From assembly GCF_018977255.1 (NCBI RefSeq), contig NW_024704742.1, positions 78,990,001 to 79,054,000 of the forward strand: a stretch of 64,000 bases of DNA, in the 5' to 3' direction. Each line of letters opens with the position of its first letter. Positions within the stretch are counted from its first letter, which is position 1. The notes below the pieces were generated by a model, which made no database searches, had not been told where the DNA came from, and saw only the letters and a program-made list of their open reading frames with translations. This document shows positions 35,591-49,621 of this stretch, one piece after another. The stretch comes from Callorhinchus milii. Its lineage: Eukaryota. The position numbers and the translations under genes were made by a program.

Positions 35591-36934
35591 ATTTTCACCT
35601 CACTGTTGCAAAAGGTTAGTCTGCCTCATTACTATATACATCTTGGACACCCACAGAAGGACAAAAATCAATCATCTATTCAAAGATGAATCAGAAACAT
35701 TGGTGCGATCTCTCTTTTATGTTGCGTAATGACTGAAAAGTTGTAACCTTAGATCTTAAAACTGAAAGTGACTGCCGATTTGTTGGGTGAGACAAATTAT
35801 TAAAATACTTCCTATTCAGAACATTATATTTTTTAGATAAATCTGATGCAAGTTACATGTGTTGAAGTGGTCTCAGCCAGGATCATACTAAACCATTGGG
35901 TTCTTCAATTATATCCATTCACATCAACCTTGATCCATGCAGTCTAGCCGTGAATCAGTGAAAAGAAGTATGCTCTGTCCATTGGATGAGATGTTAATAA
36001 AAATTGTCATTTACTTCATGGCTGTTTGTATGACATTGCAGTATGCAAATTGACTGACCTTCTTGCCTACGAATTCAGTCAGTAGACATACTAGTAAAAA
36101 TCCTGGGAAGCTCTTTCAGATGTCTTTACAAAGTGATAAGGCGGTGTATCAAATGCATGGATTATTACTGCTAACATAAAACCGGAGATATAGTAATTAA
36201 CTGGATAAACTGTAGTCAGTCAATCACATTAAGGAGGTCAATCACACCTCATTCTTCATCTCCTAATGGCAATGGCTGACAGAAGTAGTGACCATAGCCA
36301 GTGAGGAGTCTGCTGTCAGACTTAACTTCAACCTCTTCCCTCTTTTCATCTTTCACTACTTGCATGAGGATGAAGCACCAACTGACCCTCTGCTGGCAAT
36401 GGAAATAGTTCCACAACACAGAATGACGAAGCAATGAAACCCAGGTAAATCCATCTGTAGCAAGATGCATCAGTAAGTAATTCCAATTGAGAATAAGTGA
36501 TCCAGTTTCTCTCCTCACAGCAATAATATAATTACTCACAATTGAAATCAAAACTAATTGAACTGAATGATTATTATCTAAGAGAAGTCGCTCAGAGAAG
36601 TGTTGACAGAAATGAATCAAGACTATTTATAACTAACAAGATGAATATCTAAACTGTGGTCAAATTGAAGCAAATCCAATTACTGGACAAAACATCAATG
36701 AAACCAACTGAATCAGATCATAAATTGTCTGATAGCTACACAAGCGAGATGAGTAAATTAGATTTTACTGGAGAATTCTCAACACAGTGACAAGCTGAAT
36801 TGTAGCAAATTAAATAACTGTGAATTAATAATGCAGGTCAGTTACATTTAAAGACAAGTTATTTTCATGAATTGCTCTTCCAAAAATAAATTCTTCCTAA
36901 CCTATGCATTATAACCACAGGTTATATGTGTATA

Positions 36935-38080
36935 TTCATCCACCTCAGTGGGACCCACTCACTTGGTTTGAGTGCTACCTTACAAACCACCAGCACTATA
37001 TTTCCGTAAATGTTTTTTCTTCTCACCACCCACTTGGTCACCTGCGGGTTATCCAAGGCTCCATCCTTGACCCCCTTTTATTCCTCATTATAAGCTCCAT
37101 CTCGGTGATGTAATCCGCAGACACAGGGTTAACTTCCACCTGTATGCGGATGACACTCAACTTTCCTGCTCCTTCTCCAGCTACAACCCCTAGTCCTCTG
37201 TTGTTCTGCCAACTTGTCTGACACACATCAAGGCCTGGAGGAGTGCAAACTTTTTGCAGTTAAACGTCAACAAGATGGAAGGCATATTCTTTGGCTCCTG
37301 TCGACGTCTTCTGTCCTGCAGTTCAGACCTTTTCAACCTACCTGATCTGTCCTTAAAATTCTCTGAACCCATAGGAGTCAGGTTCGATCCCCAGTTATCC
37401 TTCCCTCCCCACATCCAATCCTTGGCCGGGACCGTTTTTCTCCACCTCCGCCACATTGTCCATCTCCGACAATACCTCATCCCAAAAGCTGCCAAAACCC
37501 TTGTCCACGCCTTCGTCACCTCTTGGCTGGATTACTCTAACACCCTCCTCACCGGTCTCCCCTCCTCCACTATTCACAAAATCCAACTCATACAAAACTC
37601 CGCCGCTCACATTCTCACCTGCACTAAACTCCGTACCCCGATTACCCCAGTCCTTGCCAAACGCCATTGGCTCCCTGTCACAGAACGGATCGACATTAAG
37701 ATCCTCACTCTAGTGTTTAATTCCCTCCACGCCTTCGCAACCCCTATCTCTCCAACCTCCTTTCTCCTCACAGCACTACCCGCTGCCTCCACTCTACTGG
37801 CTGTGGCCTCCTCCTTGACCCTCGAATCTTACGCTCCACCATGGGCAGCCAGCCACCGTTCAGTTACTATGCCCCAAAGTTATGGAACTCGCTCCCTCAA
37901 TCCCTTTGCCTTGCCCCCTCTTTCCCCATTTTCAGTTTGGACCTGAAGACCTTCCTCTTCGTCCATGCTTATGGTCACCTTCCCCCTCCCTCTGGCTCGG
38001 CATCAGGCTCCGCCATTGTTAAGCACTCTGGGATGCCACCCCGCATAGAGAGTGCTATATAAATGCAAGTTGTATTATAG
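36935..38080 (+). mobile_element. L2 LINE RT region to 3' end, frameshifted
   Basis: QGSILDPLLF, HLYADDTQL, AKTLVHAFVTSWLDYSN, IQNSAA, HWLPV..RIDIKIL. Confidence 0.92.
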
Positions 38081-38926
38081 TCAGGCTACAGCCAATGCAG
38101 AGCTCCCAACACGAGGAAGATATTAAAACAGAGTTTTTACAAACAAAAAGAGTGAGATCATTGCAATATCATTCAATCAACAATAAGCTTTACTGTAGCT
38201 CAATGGTTAGAACACTTGCCTTGCAATTTGGTAATATCTGTTGGTAGAATGTTGCTGTGTGCAAATTGGTTGTCGCGTTCACTTACAAATACATAGTCAC
38301 TACACTTCAAAATAAAATCTTTTGAAGTGCCTTGAAACATCTTGACCTGACAAGGGGTTATGTCAAATAGATGGGTTATTATTTTATTATTATCAAATGC
38401 ATCAAAATAATTTGAAGAAGAACGTAAAATCCAAATCAAGTCATTTTGGCAAACTGCTTAACATTTACACAACTGATTAAACAATTGCTCAGCTGTGATA
38501 ACTATACAACAGATTTTACAGAATGTTATTCATCTGAAAACAATAAGTTGGGGATAACCTATATTAAAAAAATTCAAAGAAATTCTGAAGCCAAAAATTC
38601 AGTTAAAGGAGTAATTCTCACCTCTCCTCTCCTTAAGATGTTGAGCTATTTTTTGTTTCAACAATAATAGCAACTTGCATTTACATAAATCCCTTCACAA
38701 CAGATAATGTCTTGGTGCTCTTTACAAAGATTGGGTAGGGCACCGAAGGAAGGAAAGAGGCAAAATGGGGAGGTGGTTCAGGTTCCATGACACTAATCAT
38801 ACTCTAATACGATATGTTACACAAATGGTTAGTTACTTTTCTATGTGAGAGTCTGGACAGCGACTGACCCCAGAGGAAATTGTCTTAGCTGAACCCTGTC
38901 CCTATCTACTGTCTGCACACATGGAA

Positions 38927-38959
<33 letters not shown>

Positions 38960-39424
38960 CTTTGCATTTGATATAGCGTCTCATCACGTCTTTGAGACAT
39001 CTCAAAGTGTTTCACAGAATATACTGTAAAATGAATTGACTGTGAATTTTGTGGGCGGATTTTCTAGTGGGAGTCACTGAATAGTTGTCGGGATTAAATC
39101 GTTGCTGAGTTTTCCTCTTCGTACCTCCAGTAGTGCTGAAACCAATTGTAGCAGCTCCAGATGCTATCACGGCTATTATTAGCTAACTCAGCAGTAAGGA
39201 ACGAACTTGCACCACCCTTGCCTGAGTGGCTCAATTTAATCAACACTGAGCCTTTACCAATTGACTCATGGGAAGCTGAATTCAACTATTTAAGTCTGAA
39301 TATTTTCATATCTGTTTTATGGCGGGGGAGAGGATCAGCGATGTGTAAGACACACACAGAAATCCATCACCATGCTTAAAAGTATTCAAACTATCCAAAG
39401 TTTTCTACAGATGTATTGCTATTT

Positions 39425-39670
39425 ACGATGTCTGAAATGGAGTGCACTCTCTCCCGAGTGGGACCTATCCTGCTTACCTAATCACGGAGAGTTTAAGTGC
39501 AGGTTGGCGAGAGCCAAGGTTTGGAGACCACAGAGTGTGCTTGTAGTACTGCTGAAGTTCAACAAGCTGAAACCGCATATCTTTCCATTTGGAACATTGT
39601 CTGACAAGTTTCCTCCTGCTTTTCTAACAAGGAACACCCTGCCCGTTCAGCTTTTGCTTGCACGAACCAA
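39425..39670 (-). repeat. Family X repeat fragment
   Basis: GGAGTGCACTCTCTCCCGAG..GCAGGTTGGCGAGAGCCAAGG..GTACTGCTG. Confidence 0.65.
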
Positions 39671-39784
39671 GCGAGAAGGAGCCGCAAATGAGGAAAGGCT
39701 TAACCCTCCTTCCCCCCATGCCCTCCACCTTCCCCGATCCCAAGTGAAAGACCCTTTACAAATATAATTTTTTTGTTGTTGTAA

Positions 39785-39908
39785 GGATAACAATCCAGCC
39801 TCTCTGGTTTCTCCACATATTTGAAATCTTTCATCCCTAGTATCATTCTTGTAAATCTCCTCTGCACCCTCTCTCAGGCCCTGACATCCTTCCTAAAATG
39901 TGGTGCCA
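39785..39908 (-). mobile_element. CR1 ORF2 fragment
   Basis: Minus strand WHHILG/APHFRKDVRA*ERVQRRFTRMILG-like. Confidence 0.7.
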
Positions 39909-41047
39909 CTGTTCCTTTAATCGCGTGGGCTTCAATTTTGTTAAAAAGTCTATTATGTTGCACTTTATCAAATGCCATTGCACAGAATTTCTCCAACAAC
40001 ACAATGCTATTCCATTAATAACAAAGAGGGTTGAATTTAGACTCCTATATTATTGGTTCAGCTCTATTTGTAAGCATTTTCTTCACAGCAATTAAGCCAC
40101 AAATAAAGTGGATGACCACATATGAATGCTTGAGCTAATTTTGTTCCCTTATCTGTGTGCTGGGCTTAACGAACTTCATTTTTGTAAGCGTGTTTTATTT
40201 CAATTTTAAAAATTGTTGCTGAGGTTTTTTATCATTTGAAACATGTTGAAACCCTCTTTTTTCAACCTTACCCTATTTAATTATAATTCAATACAATTTA
40301 CATTTATACAGTGCCATTGGTAAGGCGTCTCAAAGCACTTGATAATGCCCTCTGAAACCTGAGCTGAGAGAGGGAGGGAGCTGAAGGGGTGTGGAGGCAA
40401 GTAACAGAGACAAAAATTATTTCCTAAAAAGTTGCATAATAATTTATAAATTAATGATGTACTATTATGGGAATACACTGTTACTCACTGGTGCTTTTGT
40501 TGCTGATATTGCTATCATAAAGAATTTTGGCATCTATCAGTCAGTGTTAGAATTGTATTTTTATGTTCATCCACAATAGCTCAGTAAAACACAAGAGACC
40601 TGAAATTTCCATCTATTCTCAAGCAGCAAAACCAATTTCTCTTAAAGTGTGGAATTATGGAAAATTCATAAATCCAGTTTTAATTTGGAAGTTGGAAGTT
40701 TCTTAAAAACAAACCAGCAGCCAATTTAAGAGTGAATTTAAGAGTTCTGCAAACTTTTCATACAATTGGAAATACAGGAAAGTGCTTCCCACAAAAATGC
40801 TGTCAAGAGTAGTGGCTGTGTTTTTGTAGGCGTTTTACAGGCTAATTATCCAATGATCGTGATCGTCTCAGGGTGAGTTGACAGGATATAGGAATAGATG
40901 TGGATTGAAATGAACAAATACTCATGGGACACAATTATTTCTATGCTGTTGGTACAGTAGTTGGGGGTAAGAAAGATGTGGAGAAAAGATTAGTTTGTAC
41001 AGTGGATCTGATTGAATATTTTGGAGTTGTTCCTTGATAACTATTTT

Positions 41048-41940
41048 TTTTGATCAGCCGGATGTCCGACAAATACGGATATCCATCACAATGCTTACGA
41101 GTATTCAAATCAAACTGAGAATTCCATGTATATGTGGAAATTCCTAGTTCTGGAATGGAATATGCACTCTCTCTCCCGAGAGGATACGCTCTGATTATTT
41201 AATTCCAGAGAATATTAAGAACAGGTTGGTAAGAGCCAAGGCTTGGGGACCCCAGAATATATGTTGGAGGTACTGCTGGAGACTAACCAGATAAAAGCAC
41301 ATAGCTTACCAATGAAAGCATTGTCTGGCATGTTTCTTGATGCTTGTCCAGCGAGGACTAACCTACCTATTAGGACTTTGTATTGCAGGGTTAACAGTAG
41401 TTGAGTGGAAAGAATCCCTTCCCCAGTGAATGGTCTGCCCTCCAGGTCCTGCCAATGAGCCAGACTGGCTGTGCTGTCATCAGCAGTGCCCTGGAGTGCT
41501 GTGAACTGCCTGACTCAGGAACCGGACTACTGAGACATGTTGACATCCAACAAGCATGGATCTAAGCCATTACTTGGTAGATGGTAGGTAGCAGCAAGCT
41601 TCCTCGTGAGCTCAGCATGAAATGTGTGAGAGGGTTGACACCATCTCTCACCCTGCACCTCAGATACCCATTGAGTGATGGTTCCATCAGTTGAGGAGCT
41701 TGTCCAGCAGCTGCTTACATCTCTGTATTCAATCAAGGTGGATTCTAAGCATTGGATGTACAAATGCGTGTTCACAACTCCGACTCCAGGTAGCTCTTTC
41801 CAGCAGCTATTGTCCCAGGCCTCAGAATTTCCTCATGAGCTATTTGACGGGCATCTGCCTTCAACATGGTGTAAAGATCTTTACAGGATAGCATGTGACA
41901 TTGTAACTACCTTGATGTTTTCAGAGTCCATTGTCCATTA
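41048..41940 (-). repeat. Family X repeat, long copy (variant A)
   Basis: Collinear with the reverse complement of ~57715-58603, starting at TTTGATCAGCCGGATGTCCGACA. Confidence 0.8.
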
Positions 41941-43302
41941 CCCATTGGGGTTTAAGAATATCTTTGAAATAGTTGCCTCCAAAGGCAAAGAGTGGATAGG
42001 TTAAAGTCCATGATAAGGTAATTTACGTGTGTAAGTACTGGCAAACAATAATAATATAATTATTGCATTTGATATAGCACCTTATCACATCTTCGAGACA
42101 TTTCAAAGAGCTTCACGGAATATACTTTATGTAAATATAAAGTAAGCTTTATGGGCTTACTTGCTTTTTAGCATTGCATGTTTTCTTATGTCTTTTGTAC
42201 AGTCATTGGCACTTATTTGAGAATGTAATTCCAGCACTGAGCTTAGTAAATAGGTGTGGTGTGTCTTTTTCTCACTGAAAAGACACACCGCAACCTATTT
42301 AGTTTAGAACTACATGAATTTCAGCAGCTGCTGGGTTTGATGCATTGTGATATTTCTTTCAACTCACTGTGTTCACTCAGAACTTTCCTGTCACCAACAA
42401 ACATGTACATGGCCGGGACATGTCAGTGTATCCCTGCTGGCACTTAAAGATGCAAATAATACAAGTCAAGTCTCCCCAGGGAGTCTGAGCAAGTGCGTAA
42501 TCGAGATGGAGTACACAATGTATATTGACATTTCAACTAATAGACATAAACCCTTCGAGGAACAGCAAATGGTGTAGAATATCTTCAGGGTGTAAATAGA
42601 TGCACTTTACTATAGAAACACAGAGGTGCAATGCTTCTGAATAAATTAAATACCAAGCAGTAATGTCACCTTAGTTCCCCGTTCTTTACATATTGATATG
42701 TTAGCAACTGAAATTATTGTTTACAATCTTCATCACTGGTAATTCAGATTAGAATTTTGCATCTGCATTCTCCTTTTGATATAGCACCTTTCACGCGAGT
42801 GGACACCTTAAATATTTAAGGTAATGTGTACTGTAAAGTACAGTAAAATGTATTTTTGTAGGTGAATGTGGCAGGCAACCTGCGCACAGCAATACCCTAC
42901 AAATAGTCATGAAGTGAACGACCAATTTTATTGAGGGGACTGATAACAGCCTGGATTGTAAAATATTCAGTGGACTTGAGCTGTGGAGCCTGTGGGCAAT
43001 TGTCCAAGTATCGAGGAGTGGGAGCCTAGCTCTCTCGGGAGTGTGGGACGGAATGCCAGCAGAGCATCAGATGCTCACTGACCTCGCAGAGCTAGTTTGC
43101 ATGACATACTTTAGCAAAATGGTCTGAATCTTTTCATAAGTGAAGTTCAGATGAAGAAGGCCCTAATTGGTCTCATCTTCGGGGGTGGGGGTGAGTGGGA
43201 TCTGCTTGGAGTTGACCTGGCTCCAAGGTGACATGCCTGGCAATGGAATGTCGCAATCGAGCCAGCCCTCTGTGTCGGTCTCAGTAGTTTGGTTTCTGAG
43301 CC

Positions 43303-44729
43303 AGGTTGAGCAGGTACCTGACAGGTGTATGAAATTATGAGGGGTTTTGACACGGTAAATAGGGAAAAACTACTTCCACTGGTTGGAGAATCAGTGATTA
43401 GGGGACATAATTATAAGACAAGAAGAACGAAAGAAGATTTTATTTCACGCAGAAAGTTGTTCAGTTGTGGAATGCCCTGACAAGAAGATTGTGAAGGCAG
43501 ATTCTGTTGTGGTTTTCAATCATTGCATTTGATATTGTGCCTTATCATGTCATTGAGACATCCCAAAGCGCTTCACAGAATATACTATAAAGTGAATTGA
43601 TGACATATTTTGTGGACGACAGTCAGTAGTTTACAGCAGTTTCCCACAGTCATGGATTGAGTGACCAAATTATATATATTTTTGTGAGATAGAGGCTTCA
43701 AGGGGTGTGGAGACAGGACAGGGAATTGAGGTTGAAGGAACAGCTTGCTCTGAGAGCTGGTGCAGACTTGATGGACATAATGAACTCCTTGTGTGCTGTA
43801 AATGTCATTTGATTCTAGAATTGACCTCAGCAACTACAGGGTGATCCCAGAAGGATTTGGAATTTAATTTGGAAGTCCTGGAATTTAATTACCCTTGACT
43901 GCAACCTGAGCCACACAAAGCCTGGGACTAGAGTTAAGGCTTGGGAGCAACAGAAGCCAAGGGTCATTGAAGTAGCTCTACCCATTTTCACCAATAAATA
44001 CCCTATTAAGTCAATCAATAAAAAAAACTACAAAAATGTATTCTTTGAAAGAAATAATCTATTTGCCCCTGGCCGCACCCCCATTGTCCACGTTGAGAGT
44101 GAAAGTATCAGTTTCTGGGAAAGGTTTACACCTTTGTATTGTGTAGCTATTTGTGACATGCTCACAGTTACTAATATTATGTTCTAAGCGACCGTGGTTA
44201 CATCACGAGCACACGTGTAATTGAATGATTTTTTAGGTTTATAACACTAAAGATTGTGCGGTGCAGGGTTAAAGAAAGAGATGGAAAAATTATAGAAAGA
44301 GACTATAAATGAGTGCCTTAGATTGAGGTTGTGGAACAGAGTGGCAAACAGAGAGCCAGAGAGAGAGAGGCACAGGGAGAATGCGTGGGAGAAAGAATGA
44401 GAAGGGTTGGCCTAGCACTGTATAGTAATACATTTAGACAGAGAAAATAGATTTTGAAAAATTTTTTGGGATGTCTCAATGACATGATAAGGCACAATAT
44501 CAAATGCAATGATTGAAAACCACAACAGAATCTGCCTTCACAATCTTCTTGTCAGGGCATTCCACAACTGAACAACTTTCTGCGTGAAATAAAATCTTCT
44601 TTCGTTCTTCTTGTCTTATAATTATGTCCCCTAATCACTGATTCTCCAACCAGTGGAAGTAGTTTTTCCCTATTTACCGTGTCAAAACCCCTCATAATTT
44701 CATACACCTGTCAGGTACCTGCTCAACCT
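43303..44729. repeat. 265-bp inverted duplication (43303-43567 / 44465-44729) made of CR1 + SINE-tail sequence
   Basis: Arms read as exact reverse complements from AGGTTGAGCAGGTACC to GAGACATCCCAAA. Confidence 0.95.
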
Positions 44730-45104
44730 TTTCTGTTCCATTTAAAGCAGACCCAACTTCTCGAATCTCTTCTCAGTATTCTGAACATACTTCTGCTAAA
44801 GACAATATGCAGACTACTCAAATTAATTCATAATTTAAATTACTGATAATGTCGCCTGCTTTTCATGTGAAAGTTAAAGGTCTCATGGCACTATTTGAAA
44901 AGGGAAGAGTTCTTCCCACTGTCAGAAGGTTCTGCTTTAATAATAATAAACAATAATCCTTGCATTTGATACTGCACCTTATCACGTCATTAACAAGTCT
45001 CAAAGCGCTTCGCAGAATATACTATAAAACGAATTGACTGTGTGTTTTGTGGGCGAAAGCCCTATGTTGGGAGTTACCTAGAACTCAAATAGTCTAAGAT
45101 GAAA

Positions 45105-45590
45105 CTTCACTTCAATCCACAACTGTTTGTTGGACATTGCTGTGCGCAATTGGCAGCTGCGTTTCGCCCACAGATATACGGTCAATTCACTTTACAGTAT
45201 ATTCTGTGAAACTCTTTGAGACGTCTAGAAGACGTGAAAAGCACTATTTCAAATGCAAGGATTATTATTTATTACTCCAGTGCTGTGGGTCTGCTTCATT
45301 GGCAGAGATACCAACCTTCAAATGAGATTTTAAACCAAGGTCTTGTCTGCCTGTTCAGGTAGACATGAAAATCCCATGATACTATTCAAAAAGAAAAAGT
45401 AGTTTCTCCCTATGTCCTGGCCAACATTCCTCCAAATCAATTAGTCAGTCACCTCGTGGCTGTTCATGGGATCTTACTGTATACAAAATGGCAACCATGA
45501 TTCTCTACATAAACACTTGAAAATGATTAATTTTGAGGCACGAAGATATTTTGAAGTGATAACATGCAATAAAAATGCAAATTCTTTCTT
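45105..45590 (+). mobile_element. SINE 3' half (45105-45273) followed by DeuSINE body
   Basis: Standard tail, then TAAACCAAGGTCTTGTCTGCCTG..ATCCCATGATACTATTC..GTCCTGGCCAAC. Confidence 0.75.
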
Positions 45591-48027
45591 AATTTATAAT
45601 TGCATGGCTCCCCTGTGGTTTCTGTTTTTTATTAACTGTGTTGTGGAGGTGACTGAGGGAATGGCTTCCTTGTAAGTCTTAATTGATTAATTAATGTGTG
45701 GAGCATGTGCCATCTCTGAACTACTTTCCTTTCAGAATGGACTTACCCTTGTGTTACAAGCACTGGATGGTAGGATACACTTATAATTGTTCCAGCTTTT
45801 ACCAGCTCCAATTCCAAGCTCCATGGACTTTGTGGGACTAATACTTGAAGAGAAGTGTGTGATCTGACCTGATGAATCTTCCTTTATTTAAACAAATTTG
45901 TGGGAAAATAATTACTATTAATTCTTCCTTTTTTCCCTTTCCCTGTTATGTGCTTCACAGCATCAGATATAGTCTGGTTTGGGGTTAAGTGTTTGCACTG
46001 AATAAGGAGTATGGCAACACAACAATAAAAGAGTGTTTCAAAGCAATCGCACTCATCAACATGAAAATAATCAGGTGAGTGAAACCATTCTCCAGAACCC
46101 TGAGCATTGTTTTCCCTAACCAATGCTTTAGAATTAAATCACAACTTGTTATAATTATTACCATTGATAGTTTAATTAGAACTCCCTATCTCAGGCCCTC
46201 CGCCTTTCCATCTTTTTGCTCTTATTCAGGTCGCACAAGAAGACTTCTCTCTTCGTATCTACAATCACCTTCCTTTTATCCAGCTCGGTGTAGCACTCTG
46301 CCTTTGTTAAGCATACCAAGATGCTACCCTCCATGAAGGGTACGATATAAATGAAAGGTGTTGCTTTAAACAATCAATATCTAATGTATCAAATGGTTAT
46401 AAATGTAATAAATGCTAGTTTACCCTCTATGTCAATATTTCTTGTGGCTTCTCAGCCTGAGTCCCTGGCAATCCTGAATAATAGTGAGGAGCCGAGATGC
46501 TGTCTGGTGTGCAGGGCACTATATAGATGTAAATTGTTGTTTGTTGTTGTTGAGCATTCTTCATCAGAACCTCTTTTGGTCATGTGATTTGTGGGATTGG
46601 GGAGTGTCTCTGTATGCTTTTTTGATCAGCTAAATGGTGCATGTTCCTGAATTGTGTCTGGACCTGATGAGCAATAAGTGACTCAACCCTCTCTCCTCTT
46701 CTGACCTCTGGACTTAGGTTTCGATTTATTGTGTGTACTCCTTGGAACCATGGAGCATCTCCTCTAGTTTGGCAATGCACTGCTGGTCTTCCTCTGTATC
46801 TCTTAGCCCACTGGCCCTTTCTTTGGTTAATTGGTTAAAACTTGCAAATGATGTTTAACAAATGATGAGATGATGGGTAAAATGGCTAATTATATTTGAG
46901 TTTTATGGAAATGGTATTAGTTGAGGCATATGGCTTGAGTTTAATATGACAGAAGAACCCTGTTACACTGCCCTTCAAAAGAGTGCTGCCTCACTTATAG
47001 CACAAATCTAGTGTGGCTCCAGGTGCTGACTAGCCAGCTTCTTGTGTTAAAAAATAGCAAACTAGCAAGCTGTCAGATCGCTTCTAATGTGATTTCCTGT
47101 ACAACAAATATTCTAATAATAATAATCCTTGCATTTGATATAGCGCTTTTCACGTCTTCTAAACGTCTCAAAGCGCTTCACAAAATATACTGTAAAGTGA
47201 ATTGACTGTATATTTGTGGGTGAGACGTGACAGCCAATTGCACACAGCAGTTCTGATGCCACTTTGTGAAGAACATGATGTCAGGGTGCTTCCTGCTTAT
47301 ACTCCACTTGTGTAAAACATGCAAGATTGGACATCAGCAGTGACCTGATGACCTAGAAATCAGCCATTTTATGTCTCGTTTATTATGCAGGCTCTGAGAT
47401 ATTGGAACAGCGGTATAATGAGGTTTCTCCGTGTAACTAAGAACTTTATTTGTTTAATTAAATGTTTTCCTATGAAAATACATTCATTATACTTCACAGT
47501 AAATCTAGCAAAATGTTTTGCGACGTCAACCCAGCATGAAAGGTGCTATACCAAATGCAAGTATTATTATATTAATATTAACTTGCAGCAGAACAACTTA
47601 CCAGGAAAAGATATTTCCAAAGAAAGAAGCTTACATTTTGAAAAGTGTGATGAATGCATCAGGCAATAATAATTACTTTCTGGCATAATTTGTGGCAATT
47701 ATAAATTTATACCCAGAACTTTTATCACGTTCAATTGCAATAATGAGAAACATTGAAAGGGCATAATGTCATCTCTGATTATTGTCTTGTAAACCAGAAA
47801 TGTATATGTAAAAATAGAGAATAAAAGATGTCTGAAATTCATATTAATAATATATTTTTTTAATGGCTTGAGAACCAATGCATTGGATTTCCAGTGAACA
47901 AATCTCGGGTCTCAGTGAGCAAATCTCTGATACATTTTATTCAGTTTTGTTCCTCTAACTGGCGATTCAACATTGTGCTCTCTGAGCTAGAATTGCGATG
48001 CGTAAAGTCACCTAATATGGGTTGTGG

Positions 48028-49263
48028 GAATGTGCAAGGTTTGCCTTGGAGATAGCTTGATAGCCCCATGATCCAGTCAGAAAATTGGGAATACATTAAT
48101 TTTTCTGTGTTGTTTTTTGAACAGTACTGCAGTAGCCGGACTATAGAAGCGTCCTGTGTGGACCAGACACCCTGAACAGCGAGCTCATTACTCAGGTAAG
48201 TGATGAGTCTTTACGTCAATGCCAATTAGTTAAGGAACAAATGTTCTCATTAAAATCCAGTCTGATAAATGCTGTTGGTACAGGCCTTTTTTGGCCACCT
48301 TCCAAATGCCAGCGACAGCCTAAACCCCATGATAAATGGAAAAACTTTGTTTCACCTACCTTCATACTGTGGATAAATGATCTTTTAGTATTGCCTTAAA
48401 AAGCATGACATTGTGCTGTGGATTCACACCGGTGCTGAAAAAATCTTTTGCAGGATTAATGAACAACATCAACCCATCTTTATGCCACCCGTTATTTAAC
48501 CCTAATATCAAAATGCATTTTAATTTGCAACCAAACTCTACCTTGTGTCAGCAACTCAACCGATATTTGTTGATGAGGTAGATCAAAGAAAGATTTAATA
48601 CCATGCCCTACTCCACCATAAAAAACAGTCATTTCAGCACAATGGGTTAGGGAAGAAAAGGAGCCCTGTGTGTCAACCTCTACAATGATCCATAGTTTGT
48701 CCAGAATCTGCTCAATTGTTTCTCCTCTTCCACAAAGTTACATCCAATAATCTACTCCAACCTCCTCATGCATATCTTAGATGAAGCTTTTCCAGCAGAC
48801 TCAATGCAAAACGGCAATCATTAGATATAAATGCATCAAGTGCCACGTTTACACAATATAAACGGACAGAATGCAATGTATAAATGACTATACAAAGAAC
48901 AAACAATATCTGGGGTATCAATGAGCAATACATTGCAATGAGGGCAAGATGGGCTGTGGGTGCCATGGGTAGAGGCTGCTCAGAATGTGCAAGGTTTGCC
49001 TTCAGCTGGAATTAGCTCGGCAGCCCCATGATCCAGTCAGAAATTTGGGTTTACATTAATTTTCCTGTGTTGTTTTTTAACAGTGCTGCCAGCAGCCGGA
49101 CTATAGAAGCGGACTATGTGGACCAGAGACCCTGAACAGGGAGCTCATTACTCGGGTAAGTGATGATTCTTTACGTCATTTCAGCACAATGGGTTAGGGA
49201 AAAAAGGAGCCCTTTGTGCCAACCTCTACAATGATCCATAGTCTGTCCAGAATCTGCTCAATT
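48028..49263 (+). repeat. Local tandem duplication (48028-48717 / 48983-49263) containing an exon-like cassette
   Basis: Two collinear copies; the second lacks ~410 bp at a GTCA microhomology. Confidence 0.9.
49084..49155 (+). other. Candidate 72-nt internal exon (paralogue at 48125-48195)
   Basis: T-rich tract + AACAG acceptor, GG|GTAAGT donor, only open frame CCQQPDYRSGLCGPETLNRELITR; product not recognised. Confidence 0.35.
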
Positions 49264-49621
49264 CTGACAGTGCACTTTGTCAAGACCTCACAGCTCCCCT
49301 TAAAGAGGTGATCTGTAGATGGATTGGTGTGGTGGGGTGTGAGACCCCTCCAGCCCTCACCAGCTGCCATCTATGTGAACAAATAAATTTTATTTGGCAA
49401 AGAACTAAAAAGTTACCAGCACTTTATGGAGAGTGTTTCTTGCCCGAAGTATTTTCCCTAAAGTTTACGCTGTTTGGGCAAATCTTTGGATATTATTTTA
49501 TTTATATAAAAAAACAAGGTGGAAAACTTTCACTGCACAGCCGTTATTGCCCATGGCACAGTAAAGATATGGAGTTAAGGCAAACCAGGGCACTGTGTAG
49601 GCAATGGGGTGTTTAGTGCAT

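Noticed and set aside
38927..38960. (AAT)n microsatellite
   Set aside because: Expanded SINE tail
49117..49150. GPETL resemblance to the IGF B-domain start
   Set aside because: Only five residues match and the insulin-family Cys pattern is absent
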